NCBI RefSeq assembly: GCF_001194135.2 | Contig: NC_068996.1 | Coordinates: 48,750,771-48,794,719 of the forward strand | Origin: Octopus bimaculoides | Lineage: Eukaryota | Direction: 5' to 3' | DNA: 43,949 bases | Part shown: in pieces, positions 1-11,719 of the stretch | Numbering within the stretch: the stretch's first letter is position 1 | Layout: each line of letters opens with the position of its first letter | Position numbers and translations under genes: made by a program | The notes under the pieces: model-generated | The model's input: only the letters and a program-made list of their open reading frames with translations | Told to the model about the DNA's origin: nothing | Database searches by the model: none

Positions 1-243
1 TTCACCTTACTGGCAGCATCTCTGTACATGGCTCGCACAGCTCTCACTAACCATTCTTCTATCCCAAGTTTCCTCATTGACCACCAGATAAGGGATCGGG
101 GGACCCTGTCAAAGGCTTTCTCCATGTCAACGAAAGCCAGGTACAGAGGTTTATCCTTAGCTAGGTATTTCTCCTGCAGCCGTCTCACTAGAAATATGGC
201 ATCAGTGGTGCTTTTACCTGGCACGAACCCAAACTGCATCTCA
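1..243 (-). mobile_element. RTE-clade LINE, reverse transcriptase fragment (runs off the window start)
   Basis: Minus strand reads EMQFGFVPGKSTTDAIFLVRRLQEKYLAKDKPLYLAFVDMEKAFDRVPRSLIWWSMRKLG, containing the QFGF and FVDxEKAFD RT motifs. Confidence 0.93.
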
Positions 244-253
244 TATATATATA

Positions 254-637
254 GGCGCAGGTGTGGCTGTATGGTAAGAAGCTTGCTTCCCAATCACACA
301 TGGGCAATTGTCTTCCACTTGGGCCAACCAAAGCCTTGTGAGTGGATTTGGTAGATGGAAACTGAAAGAAGCCCATTGTTTGTGTGTATATATATGTATG
401 TATATATGTATACATTTATGTATGTATTTGTGTGTCTGTGTTTGTCACTCCACCATCACTTGACAACTGCTGTTGGTGTATTTATGTCCCCGTAACTTAG
501 CAGTTCAGTAAAAGATATCGATAGAATAAGTACTACGCTTACAAAGAATATGTCCTGGGTTCGATTTGTTCGACTAAAGGTGGTGCTCCAGCATGGTCGC
601 AGTCAATTGACTGAAACAAATGAAAGAATAAAAGAAC
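254..637 (+). mobile_element. tRNA-headed SINE, family A (head ggcgcaggtgtggctgt..., tail ...gactgaaacaagtaaaaga)
   Basis: Same head, internal (TA/TG)n and 3' block recur more than 10 times in the window. Confidence 0.85.
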
Positions 638-651
638 AAAGGAATATTTGT

Positions 652-782
652 AAATTAATAGAAATCCAGAGAACAGAGATTTACATATCCTGGTTTTATT
701 ATACAGTTAATCACAAGATGTGATTAACTGTATAATAAAACCAGGATATATAAATCTCTTTTCTCCGGATTTTTATTAATTT
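652..782. repeat. Near-perfect palindrome, 64-bp arms with 3-nt loop
   Basis: 652-715 is the reverse complement of 719-782 with 4 mismatches; loop aga. Confidence 0.95.
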
Positions 783-1084
783 TTTTATTTCTTCTCTGCC
801 GACATTATACAGTCTCTATAAAGACATTTGGATTTACCAAAGTGAAGATTTACCAAGTATCGTGAAATCAACTAACTGGTGTTCAAATACATTCACTGAG
901 CCAGCATTGTTAGCCGATAAAATCAAGCATGGTACCCACTAGGGTTATATACCCCACTTAACCAATTTTGGAAATTTACCTTTATATATATATATATATA
1001 TATGTAAATACATGTGTGTGTGCGTGTGCGTGCGCATGTGTGTGTATGTGTGCGTAAGTGTGTGCGCGCATATGTGTGTATGTG

Positions 1085-1290
1085 TGTGTGTGTTTGTGCG
1101 TGTGTGTATCTGTGCTTGTCCCCCCACCACTACTTGACAACTGGTGTTGTTGTGTTTATATCCCCATCGCCTAGCGGTTCAGCAAAGAGTCTGATAAAAT
1201 AAACGCCAGGCTTAAAGTTCTGGACTCAGCTCTCCAAGGTGGTGCCCCAGCATGATCGGAATCTGATAACTGAAATGAACAAGATATATT
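1085..1290 (+). mobile_element. SINE family A, 3' half preceded by (TG)n
   Basis: cttgacaactggtgttg...ggtggtgccccagcatg...actgaaa block shared with other copies. Confidence 0.75.
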
Positions 1291-1822
1291 AGATACAATA
1301 CATCCTGGACCACAGTAATGCAAAGTGTCTGCTGCTATTTTCTAGGTGAGATTCGTAGGGAGATTTCACTGATATTTCCACCAGCTTGTGTGACTTTGTA
1401 GAAGCAGAGCTGACCTTATTTGCTTGTAGAAAAATGGACTTAGTATGGATGGTGTGAAAGAAGGAGAGAAGAAATAAAATGTGATACAAAGATTAATGTT
1501 CTAGAATCTAAGCAAGACATTTTGAATATGCTAGTAAGATTTCTATGTGTCTTATTTCTGTCCAGTCCATTAAATGCAATTTGTACTTTACCTGTCAAAA
1601 GACATACCTAGATAAATAAAAATAGTATAGAAAAAGGTTTATGAGGGAGATTTTGTTGCATTTTCTAGTAGATAGAGAGATTATATAGAAAATACCACAC
1701 AGGGTCACATAAATGCAGGAATGAAATTTGCCTAGTGGGGTATAAACTCAGATCTAAAATTTATTACAGACAAGATTGATTTTTTTTTCAATCTCAATTT
1801 CAAAATAAATACAGTTATATTA

Positions 1823-2240
1823 ATCATCATCATCATCATCATCATCATCGTTTAACGTCCGCTTTCCATGCTAGCATGGGTTGGACGGTTTGACTGAGGA
1901 CTGGTGAACCAGATGGCTACACCAGCCTCCAATCTGATTTGGCAGAGTTTCTACAGCTGGATGCCCTTCCTAACACCAACCACTCAGAGAATGTAGTGGG
2001 TGCTTTTATGTGCCACCGGTACGAAGGCCGGTCAGGAGGTACTGGCAATGGCCACGCTCAAAATGGTGTATTTTACGTGCCACCTGCACAGGAGCCAGTC
2101 CAGCGGTACTGGCAATAGTCTCGCTCAAATGTCCTTTCACGTGCCACCGGTACAAGTGCCAGGAAGGCGATGTTGCTAACGATCACGCTCAAATGGTGTT
2201 ATTTACGTGCCACCAGCATGGAAGCCAGACAGCTGCTCTG
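1823..2240 (-). mobile_element. 5'-truncated RTE LINE 3' end with (GAT)n tail
   Basis: (cat)n-cgtttaacgtccgctttccatg signature shared with eight other loci; the copy at 34575-34980 joins this sequence to an RTE ORF2 C-terminus. Confidence 0.85.
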
Positions 2241-2924
2241 GCAACGATCACGCTGTATGTATGAATCAAATGCATGAATCAAATCATAATAATCCAAAAA
2301 TGGTAAAGTGATGTTTCAAATCAGTCCAAAAAAATTTCAGCTCTTGTTTGTTTTGTCAATGAAGTTTCTTCGATTGTGCCACCACCGTCCACCTTCTCTG
2401 CACCAAAAATTTTAGTGGATGCATGTTGCCAAACTAGTGCTGAGTATGCTAGAATCTGGTAATTACAAGTAAGAATGAGTATTGCTGAAGAGACCCAATA
2501 AAGCTGAAATATGCCCTGCATGTCACTGCACTTACCAAGATTAAACTCATCTAAACCACACATCCACAATCTGCTTTTAATTAGGATTTTAGGGTTGTCT
2601 CCCTTGCCTTTCTTTACAACTACTGTTTATTCTATTCACACACAAAGGGTGTAATTTTTATTGATCACAACCTTTACATATTCCTATTCACTTTCACACT
2701 CCTACTTAATAAATTATTCTTTTCTCTACAACACAATTGAATCTACTTTTATCATTATTCAGTGAACACTCTACCTCTTACTACCTCTTCCTTCTTCTTT
2801 TCTTTTTAATCATTCGCTTTTTTTTTAACCATAGTTTTATGAATTATTTTTTTTGGTTAGTTTTTTTTATTGCTCTGCTTGTTTTTTTTATATCTACCTT
2901 GTTATCTCATAATTTTCATTCACA

Positions 2925-3113
<189 letters not shown>

Positions 3114-3118
3114 CCAGA

Positions 3119-3179
3119 AAGTTATCATTGGTTTCATATCTATTATTGCTCTTAGAAATAGAGGCACTTCATCAGACTT
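3119..3179 (-). ncRNA. Hammerhead-ribozyme-like motif (type I, minimal), Penelope-associated
   Basis: Minus strand: aagt-CTGATGA-[33 nt containing tctatt/aataga stem]-GAAA-ccaatgat-a-actt; 4-bp stem I aagt/actt; about 190 bp downstream of the Penelope GIY-YIG end. Confidence 0.55.
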
Positions 3180-3372
3180 GCTAGCCAAAAGTACATAACC
3201 TCTCTATTAATGAAAGTAAGAATACAATCTTGGTCAGCATTATGGTGAAAAAAATCCCTGAAATAAAATTCTTTGAAGCAAAAGTCTTTTCTGAGAGAAA
3301 CAGAGTTATCTTCCTTTGAACGGTTCCAGTTGTGTCAGAAAACGACAAGTTTATGTACTTTACCATTCACTA

Positions 3373-4630
3373 ATCAGCAAGGAGGGAAGCCCATGTCTCC
3401 AACATGAATTTTCTATCATGAGGGCAACAACTAAATATTTCACTATTTGAATTTAAGAAGATCTCCAGATTAAGTGAATTTGTTAGGATCCTTGCCCTCT
3501 TGGCTAAGCAAAGTTTGCATTGTCTGCTTCCATTGAGGTAGTAAAGTCTATGCTGTTTCAGAAGCTTCCAGTTGATCCTGTATGGCATTCCTTCTTTTAA
3601 ATGCCATATGTTGTTGACCAAAGACATTACATTATACCTCTCAGAGATATTAAAAGAGGACCTATGGATATTTAATCCCAACTTTAAAAAGCCCTCTGTT
3701 GATCCAATGTATTTTGGTGTATGTGTCCTTACATTGTTGATGCTACTGCTGCTGTTTCTGCAAGACACTACCTCTCTCTCATTAACCATGGCCAAGGAGT
3801 TTCATCAACCACTTACTGGGTACTCACTGTTAATCTTACATAACCACCCTACCTCTTACTGGGGCTTAGGGATATCCACTAAAAATTTTTACACTGGGCA
3901 CACAGCTGAATGAGACCCTTAAGTCGTGTCTATTAAATAGCCATCAGTGCCAATGGGATTGCATGAAATATTTATCTATTAATCTTAGAAAGATCCTTCC
4001 AATGCAGGATTTGACACTGAGTGAAAAGGGTGCAACAAAATTTCCCTCATAAACCTCTTGTTTTTCTATATTATTTATCATACTTTATTTATCTAGGTAT
4101 GTCTTTTGATAGGTGAAGTACAAATTGCATTTAATGGACTGGACAGAAATAACAAAGAACCCCGTGGTGGTACTTTCTTTTGTGGATTTTAGATCCTGGT
4201 ATTTAGGAGATGTGGTCCTTAAACACATTGGCTGCCAAACCATCATTGTAATAGGGGGCTGCAGTGTCAAAAATGTCCTTATTCAAGTATAGGTTCAATA
4301 TCTTGGCATACATTATTTTATATCCCTCTCGCTAATGTCAGTAAGCTCTCTAGTGAACAAAAGCACCCTAACTAGTAACCCTTTTGATATAGATGAATAA
4401 AAATACACTGTATCAAATTGGGGGAATCTTGTCCCACCTCTACTTTGATTTGTCTAAGTAACTTCATTGGTATTATGTCATTAGGAGAGATTGTGTACCC
4501 TCGTTATGTCATTGTTAATCTTTCTCAAAATATACTTACTCAACGACCTATTTTCTGATTTATCTGCGTTAAACAGGAAGCACTTGGGGTTGGAGATAAA
4601 GTTCGCTTGGTGATCTTTGACGATAGTAAA
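3373..4630 (-). mobile_element. Penelope-like element (RT + GIY-YIG), decayed and internally deleted
   Basis: Minus strand gives FTIVKDHQANFISNPKC, QFDTVYFYSSISK, FDTAAPYYNDGL, PFSLSVKSCIGRIFLRLIDKYF...LFNRHDLRVSFSC and KYIGSTEG...CKLC...SCCPH, colinear with the copy at 22.7-24.1 kb. Confidence 0.88.
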
Positions 4631-5244
4631 AGCATATACATACATGCATAGATACATACGTTCTTTTAAATNNNNNNNNNNNNNNNNNNNNNNNNNNNNN
4701 NNNNNNNNNNNNNNNNNNNNNNNNNNNNNNNNNNNNNNNNNNNNNNNNNNNNNNNNNNNNNNNNNNNNNNNNNNNNNNNNNNNNNNNNNNNNNNNNNNNN
4801 NNNNNNNNNNNNTATATATATATATATATATATATGTATTTAATGTTAGATAATTTCTTTTTAGGTCAGCACTTATCTTGTTGACCTTTTGTCAAACACC
4901 TCTAAATCAGATACAGTGCATCTAAGATTATGTTTTATATGTACTTCTATTTGTTTTTAAGAGCCCAGAGTATGATTCAAGGGAGACTTAGCTGTTCTTT
5001 ATAGCAGGTTGAGGATTACACGGAAAAAGCCTTTTCTCTCTCTGTCTCTCTACCCCCCTCTTTCTGTCTTCTCTTTCTTGTTTTTATATGTCTTTTTGCT
5101 TAGTCCTATGTCAGTTCTGATTGCGTACATCAACATTCAGAGATTAAATTCAGGTTATCATATTTCATATGGTGCATGAAATATAATGCTTAATTGTTTG
5201 CAGCTATGCATATAATGAGAAGAAAAAGCAGAAAATAAGTGACT

Positions 5245-5400
5245 GTATGGTAAGAAGCTTGCTTCCCAGCCACATGGTTCAGAGTTCAAGTCCCACTGCA
5301 TGGCACTTTGGACAAGTGTCGTCTTTTATTGTAGCCTTAGGCTGACCAAAGCCTTGTGAGTGGATATGGTAGACTGAAAATGAACGAAGCCTATCATATA
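5245..5400 (+). mobile_element. SINE family A head fragment
   Basis: gtatggtaagaagcttgcttcccagccacatggttcagagttcaagtccc head. Confidence 0.8.
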
Positions 5401-5409
5401 TATATATAT

Positions 5410-5870
5410 CAAGTCTGATCTTTCTTTCTTGGTTCGGCTGTCGTCCATGCAACATCGATATTCTTCCCTCTGCCTGTGAAATCTTATGTCCCTGACGTAA
5501 GGCTTTACTTCCACACACGCCAGCTTAATTTAATTCATCCTTAGTTGAAAGACACCTGTTGTTATGTCTTGTTATTTGTATTTGTGTAACATTTCTGTTT
5601 TTTTTTTTCCGTCGTTGTTTTCATATACATTCGCTGCTTTCTTCCGAGGAATCTAATGCTTTTAGCTTAGTTTTTCTTTGGGGCTGGCCAGATTGGAGCA
5701 ATCTTGAGTATGGTTAGCCAAAATTGTAAAGATAATCTGGAACTCGGCTGAGGAAAGAAAAGTCTGAACGACCTATCCTTGTTTTCTTTGTATCGTCTAT
5801 CTGGGTGTTTTGTCATTCCTTTTTTGTATCACCTGTCTGGATGTTTTGCGTTCTTGTCCCATTTTGTATA
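5410..5870. mobile_element. Unclassified repeat-like segment bounded by (TA)n on both sides
   Basis: CpG-retaining block flanked by TA runs at about 5396-5409 and 5866-5877; single copy in the window, so classification is unsupported. Confidence 0.3.
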
Positions 5871-5878
5871 TATATATT

Positions 5879-6420
5879 GTCATCATCGTCGTCGTCGTTT
5901 AACGTCCGCTTTCCATGCTAGCATGGGTTGGACGATTTGACTGAGGACTGGTGAAACCAGATGGCTACACCAGGCTCCAATCTGATTTGGCAGTGTTTCT
6001 ACAGCTGGATGCCCTTTCTAACGCCAACCACTCCGAGANNNNNNNNNNNNNNNNNNNNNNNNNNNNNNNNNNNNNNNNNNNNNNNNNNNNNNNNNNNNNN
6101 NNNCTCATGTGTCACCTGCACAAGAGCCAGTCCAGGGGCACCAGCAACGATCCCGCTCGAAAATCCCACAACAACCCCACACAAGAGCCAGTTCAGGAGC
6201 ACCGGCAACGATCTCGCTCGAAGAAATTTCATGTGTCACCAGCACAAGAACCAGTCCAGGGGCACTGGCAATGATCTCGCTCGAAAAACCTCATGTGTCA
6301 CCCGCACAAGAGCCAGCCCAGGGGCACCGGCAACGATCTCGCTCGGAGAAATTTCATGTGTCACCCGCACATGAGCCAGTCCAGGGGCACTGGCAACAAT
6401 CTCGCTCGAAAGATTTCATA
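5879..6420 (-). mobile_element. RTE 3' end containing a tandem array of about 62-bp units
   Basis: (cat/cgt)n-gtttaacgtccgctttcc signature, then about 5 units of catgtgtcacc.gcacaagagccagtccaggggcac.ggcaacgatctcgctcg at 6104-6415. Confidence 0.85.
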
Positions 6421-7025
6421 ATATATATATATATACATATATATATATAGAATAGTGGTACAACAAGGAAATAGCAGTCAATAATTTTACGATGCTATAG
6501 TAAAGCTTCACTATTCTGGCAAAGATGTGTGAGGGCAGTGAACATAAAAAATTTCGTCTTACTTCTAGGAAGAACGTTAGATAAATGGACAAACCAGAAG
6601 TGGATGATCTAGTACCTTGGTCTCTTCAAATACATTTGTTATCGTAAATTTGATTAGTCTTCTTCAGCTAGATTTACCTGAACAATATATCAAATGTTAC
6701 TATATCAGTGCCAGTATACTCGCCTGAATGCCTATTATGCAAAGGAGTCGTAAGTCTAAAACGTTGCTTTTTCAGAAAACATTAAAATAGTTTTACCATT
6801 CCATAGAAAAACCGTTGTACTACACTTTGATGATTTTTGATATCTTGGCATCTGAAGCAGTTGGAGATACGATAGTTTGACCAAAAGAACTGGCTATTGC
6901 AAGCAAAAATAAATATTGAAAAATGTGCATTTGGCCAAATTTGGACATGCGACAGTTTAACATAATACCAATGATATATATGTGTGTGTGACTCTGTGTG
7001 TGTGTGACTCTGTGTGTGTGTGACT

Positions 7026-7068
<43 letters not shown>

Positions 7069-7084
7069 TGTCTGTCTGTCTATC

Positions 7085-7309
7085 TGTCTGTGTGTGTGTC
7101 TTTGTGGTCTGTTTGGCCCCCACCACTGCTTGACAACCGGTGTTGGTGTGTTTATGTCCCTGTAAATTAGTAGTTTCAGTAAAAGCTATCAATAGAATAA
7201 TTACTAGGCTTAAAAGTATCCTGGGGTTGATTTGCTTGACAAAAACCCTTTAAAGCAGTGCTCCAGCATGGCCACAGTCAATTGACTGAAACAAGTAAAA
7301 GATAAAAGA

Positions 7310-7347
<38 letters not shown>

Positions 7348-7500
7348 TTTGTCTGTGATTGTGCTTCACCATGGTTCGACAACTGGTGTTAGTGTATTTA
7401 CATCCCTGTAACTTAGCGGTTTAGCAAAAGAGACTAATACAATAAGTACTAGGCTTTAAAAAACGAAAAATATTCGGGTCAATTCATTTAACAGTCATCA
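7085..7500 (+). mobile_element. Two SINE family A 3' fragments with flanking (TG)n/(GA)n
   Basis: cttgacaaccggtgttggtgtgtttatgtccctgtaa block at about 7129 and a diverged copy at about 7375. Confidence 0.75.
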
Positions 7501-7626
7501 CTGAGGCATACATTGTATTACTTAGCCATACTGTTTTCAAACAACCAGTTTTAATAACCAATGGGGAACCAACAGATAAAATCAACTGCAATGGATCTAT
7601 AATGATGTATACTTTGATTAATAAAT

Positions 7627-7817
7627 ACGCCGGGCGAAATGCTAAGTGGTATTTCGTCTGTCTTTACATTCTGAGTTCAAATTCTGCCGAGGTCGACTTT
7701 GCCTTTCATCCTTTCGAGTTCGATGAATTAAGTACCAGTTGCGTACTGAGGTCGGCCTAATCGACTGGCTCCCCACTCCCCATAAATTTCGGGCCTTGTG
7801 CCTAGAGTAGAAAAGAA
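7627..7817 (+). mobile_element. tRNA-headed SINE family C (Meta-domain-like)
   Basis: ttctgagttcaaattctgccgaggtcgactttgcctttcatcctttcg...gat.aattaagtacc recurs at about 29.7, 32.0, 33.4 and 36.0 kb; the domain name is from memory. Confidence 0.78.
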
Positions 7818-7858
7818 TATATATATATATATATATATATATACATGTGTATAAATGT

Positions 7859-7896
<38 letters not shown>

Positions 7897-8010
7897 TTTA
7901 CATTGTAAATTATACACATATTATATTATACACATATAAAGCTTGAAACACGTGTACCGCGGAATCCTTTGTAGTTTTGTTGTTATTTTTTGGATTTACA
8001 ATTTATATAT

Positions 8011-8053
<43 letters not shown>

Positions 8054-8564
8054 GGCAGGCAGACAGATTGATAGATAAGATATAAATATATGTACCTACA
8101 GACATGATGGCTGCAAACTCGTGTTCAAGTATTGTCATTGCCTGATTGAAAGTCTCACATGCAAAGACAACGACCAGCCATTTTTGTGCTATGTCATACT
8201 TTTTTTTCAAGCGAGGGGAAAGGATTTGCCCAGATCCAATCCCATTCTCTGAACATGGACAACATAAACTCGAAAAGAAGAACTAGTCTACATCATTGAA
8301 TGTTGTCAGTGTCGCAGATTTTCTCACAGTTTCCTTCTCTTAGAGAGATGTTGTGACAACAACAGAGGAGCCCTCCCACTCCCAGTGGGTCAACTGTGCA
8401 CCTGGACACCAATCCAGGTATTTCCATGTCCCTGCACATACATACATGCTTACATGCACATATACACATATTGTTGGATGGCAATTGACTGCTCATAAGC
8501 TCTTCTGCCCTTTGTACATTCATAAATGCATAACAAATGTAACATACATACATACATAGGCAAC

Positions 8565-9470
8565 CCAATGAAGCTGCACAAAGAACATCCTCTCAGTGCA
8601 GCAAATTAGCTCCTGGGTAAGACTCAAGCAGTCAAGACTCTACTCCCCAGAATGAAAGCAGGAAAGACATGCTGCAGTTTACATTTGAAATATCCTGGAA
8701 GAGCTAATCCCAAACTTTGGCATTGAAAGTTATAGTAGCACCAGAATAGAGGAATCTAGGATATTTACCACCCCTCCATGGACAATAGCTGCCCCAAGGA
8801 CAATTACCCCTGAGGACAACAGATGATGATTTAAAACTTCTTGNNNNNNNNNNNNNNNNNNNNNNNNNNNNNNNNNNNNNNNNNNNNNNNNNNNNNNNNN
8901 NNNNNNNNNNNNNNNNNNNNNNNNNNNNNNNNNNNNNNNNNNNNNNNNNNNNNNNNNNNNNNNNNNNNNNNNNNNNNNNNNNNNNNNNNNNNNNNNNNNN
9001 NNNNNNNNNNNNNNNNNNNNNNNNNNNNNNNNNNNNNNNNNNNNNNNNNNNNNNNGCCCCAAGGACAATTACCCCTGAGGACAACAGATGATGATTTAAA
9101 ACTTCTTGATATATTGGAGAGGGGGTAATTGTCCTAGGGGGTAGTTGTTCAGGGTGGGGGTGGTAATTGTCCTGATACAGAACAGAGAGCTTATTGTATA
9201 ATATTAAAGATCCCACACTTGCCATCTGAACAGAGGACTAGATATTGCAATAGATTGGAAATCAAGGGTTCACAGTCCTTCGGTATCCTGTTGCAGGGTT
9301 TGGGAGTCTTATTTAGGGTAGATGTACATGTCTTCAAAACAAAACTGGATCTCCTACTGTCAAGAAGCCTGGATGAACCAACTTCACAGCAGGAAACACA
9401 AAAGAGATCAACAGAGTCAGAATCCTTCATTCACCAAATGCCAACTATTAAGGGTGGATTAACTTAGACG
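8565..9470 (+). mobile_element. CR1/L2-group LINE ORF2 C-terminal fragment, interrupted by a MITE
   Basis: SSWVRLKQSRLYSPE*KQERHAAVYI*NILEELIPNFGIESY...YCIILKIPHLPSEQRTRYCNRL...VDVHVFKTKLDLLL...DEPT fits the C-terminal RLK-LYSLERRRER...KxKLD pattern of this LINE group. Confidence 0.75.
8752..9178. mobile_element. Inverted-repeat MITE with 9-bp TSD (Mutator/Foldback-like)
   Basis: Reiterated ggacaattacc on the left and ggtaattgtcc on the right; flanks agaatagag (8743-8751) and agaacagag (9179-9187). Confidence 0.7.
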
Positions 9471-9612
9471 TAGCTAAAGCAATTGGTGGTACCCCAACAT
9501 GACCTCAACTCTCAAGCTGAAGCTAAAATAAGGGTAAGGGTGTAAAACAGTACATACATATATATGGATAGATATGTGCACACACACACATACACAAAAA
9601 CGCACACGCACG

Positions 9613-9644
<32 letters not shown>

Positions 9645-9779
9645 CATACATAGAGAGACAGATAGACAGACAGACAAACAGACAATGAATAATCAAACAA
9701 AAAAGGCCAAATAGTTGTTTAGCTCTGATCAATGTAGATCATTGGTTAGAAAACTTTCCAGCTGTGACCATCACTTCTT

Positions 9780-10143
9780 TACATAAGTTAGTGTGTAAGT
9801 GTATATGTGTGTTTGTGTGTGTATACATACTCACACATACATACATACATATATTACATACATACATACGTACATACATATATGCATACATACATACATA
9901 CACACGCATACATAGATACAAACATGCATGCATACATACATACATATATTCATACATACATACACACACATATACACACACACATACACCCACATACACA
10001 AACACATACATACATACATACACACATACATACATACACACATACATACATACAAACATACACACATACATACATACAAACATATATACATGCATACATA
10101 CAAACATATATACATACATACACACATACATACATACACGCAT

Positions 10144-10176
<33 letters not shown>

Positions 10177-10260
10177 TACACATACACACACACACACACA
10201 TATACATACATACATACATACATACATACATACATACCTGCATACATACATACATACATA
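9780..10260. repeat. Long (TACA)n/(CA)n microsatellite
   Basis: Directly visible, about 480 bp. Confidence 0.97.
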
Positions 10261-10261
10261 G

Positions 10262-10520
10262 CTCGGGGCTGAATACCACTGCATTGAACCAAAGATCCTG
10301 CCATCTCTTTCCAGATTAAGGACCCAATACTTTGACAACTTAGAGTTGAAAAGGTCACAACTTTCCAAAACCTTACTGAAAGGCCCCTGAAATCTACAAG
10401 GTGTAGATGTGGACGTGTTCAAAAAACAAATCGTCTGATTTTTATCTAATATACCTGATGAACTCACATCACAACAACAAATGCAAAGAAGGGCAGCTCT
10501 GTCCATTTCACTATTTCAAG
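10262..10520 (+). mobile_element. Second CR1/L2-group LINE C-terminal fragment
   Basis: HCIEPKILPSLSRLRTQYFDNL...GVDVDVFKKQI...IPDELTSQQQMQRRAA, homologous to 9200-9470. Confidence 0.75.
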
Positions 10521-10684
10521 AGGACCGATTCCAGAGACAGACTGGGAAATGAGTCCAAAATATAACAAGCACTAGTGCTAATAGCAGTGCCCCAGTATGG
10601 CCACCACCTCTGACTAAAACTGATAATAGAATTATAGAATGATAGAACAATTTATGTATGTATGTATGTATGTATGTGTGTGAG

Positions 10685-10831
10685 AATAAGCTTGCTTCCC
10701 AGCCTCATGCACATGGTTCCAGGTTCAATCCCACTGCATGGCTCCTTGGGCAAGTGTCTTTAACTATAGCCTCAGGCTGATCAAAGCCTTGTGAGGGGAC
10801 TTGATAGACAGAAACTAAAAGAAGCCCATCT

Positions 10832-10883
<52 letters not shown>

Positions 10884-11150
10884 TGTATGTATGTATGTAT
10901 GTATGTATATATATTTGTGTGTATCTTTGTGTTCGCGTTTGTCCCCCCACCCCACCGTCACTTGACAACAGATGTTTGTGTGTTTACGTCCCCGTAAATT
11001 AGCGGTTCGGCAAAAGAAACAATCAAATAAGTACTAGGGTTTTAAAAAAAAAAAGTCCTGGGAATCGATTTGCTTCACTAAAACCCTTCAAGGTGGTGCT
11101 CCAGCACGGTCGCAGTCAAATGACTGAAACAAGTAAAAAACAAAAAAAGA
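10685..11150 (+). mobile_element. SINE family A, near full length
   Basis: Head, internal (TATG)n and 3' block present. Confidence 0.85.
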
Positions 11151-11199
11151 AAAAAGAAAAAAAAGGATATAAATATAAATGAGAACATGAGCATGTTTC

Positions 11200-11494
11200 T
11201 GTGTGTGTGTGGGCGGTTACCAATTCCATTTGCAGGCGATTGTTTCGTCTGCTAGCCAGGTATTGTCCCTCGCCTTTAAGTAGGACCATAATACAAATTT
11301 CCTAGTGAGTGGGATAGCTGTAAAACCGCTCGAAGCAAACAAGGGAAACAACCAGATAGTTACTTCTACTGCCATCTTATATTAAACTTGTTGGTTCCAA
11401 TCTTTGGACTCTAGAAATAATGACAGCGATTGACTCCATACATTAATAGTTTTGCTTCTCTTTTTTGAAAAAGAAAAAAGAAAAAAAGAAGACA
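11200..11494 (+). promoter_or_regulatory. Probable promoter/5' UTR of the SDR gene
   Basis: Non-repetitive sequence immediately 5' of the ATG; A at -3 (gacaATG). No TSS can be placed from sequence alone. Confidence 0.35.
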
Positions 11495-11719
11495 ATGCTA
11501 CAGTTTATATTGTTAGCTGGAACGACAGCTATTAATGTTGCCTATTTTATTATTGGTTCCTGGTTTTTAGCTGTTAAAGTGGTTTTTATATTATTCCGAA
11601 GAGCTTTACTCCCCACCAGTCTGAAAGCTATTGAGAATGATATTATACTTATTACGGGTGGTGGAAAAGGACTAGGCCGGCAAATAGCTTTGGAGTTCGC
11701 AAAATATAAGCCTAAATTG
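11495..11719 (+). CDS. SDR16C-family short-chain dehydrogenase/reductase (DHRS3/RDH10/SDR16C5-like), coding exon 1
   Basis: MLQFILLAG...hydrophobic anchor...ENDIILITGGGKGLGRQIALEFAKYKPKL; TGxxxGxG motif; donor gtgagt at 11720. Confidence 0.93.

Noticed and set aside
254-330. tRNA genes at SINE heads (families A-D)
   Set aside because: A/B-box-like motifs only; no complete cloverleaf, and each continues into SINE body.
2321-2569. 82-aa minus-strand ORF in non-repetitive sequence
   Set aside because: No recognisable domain or supported splice structure.
6782-6975. Integrase zinc-finger-like FFWSN...CFRCQ in a minus-strand ORF
   Set aside because: No upstream HH pair, no DDE core and no LTR context; too little similarity.
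8101-8560. Stop-poor + frame upstream of the CR1/L2 fragment
   Set aside because: No motif recognised and part of it is simple repeat; cannot be distinguished from chance.
9739-10506. Long ORFs of 110-255 aa here and at about 2.7-3.2, 21.4-22.1, 31.0-31.4, 36.4-37.0 and 39.5-40.3 kb
   Set aside because: Translations of (CA)n/(TA)n/(TACA)n repeats or N runs (HT, YI, CV, MYVC periodicity).
11465-11494. N-terminal MKKKKEKKKT extension of the SDR
   Set aside because: Starts at TTG in an A-rich tract; the ATG at 11495 has good context and begins the hydrophobic anchor.
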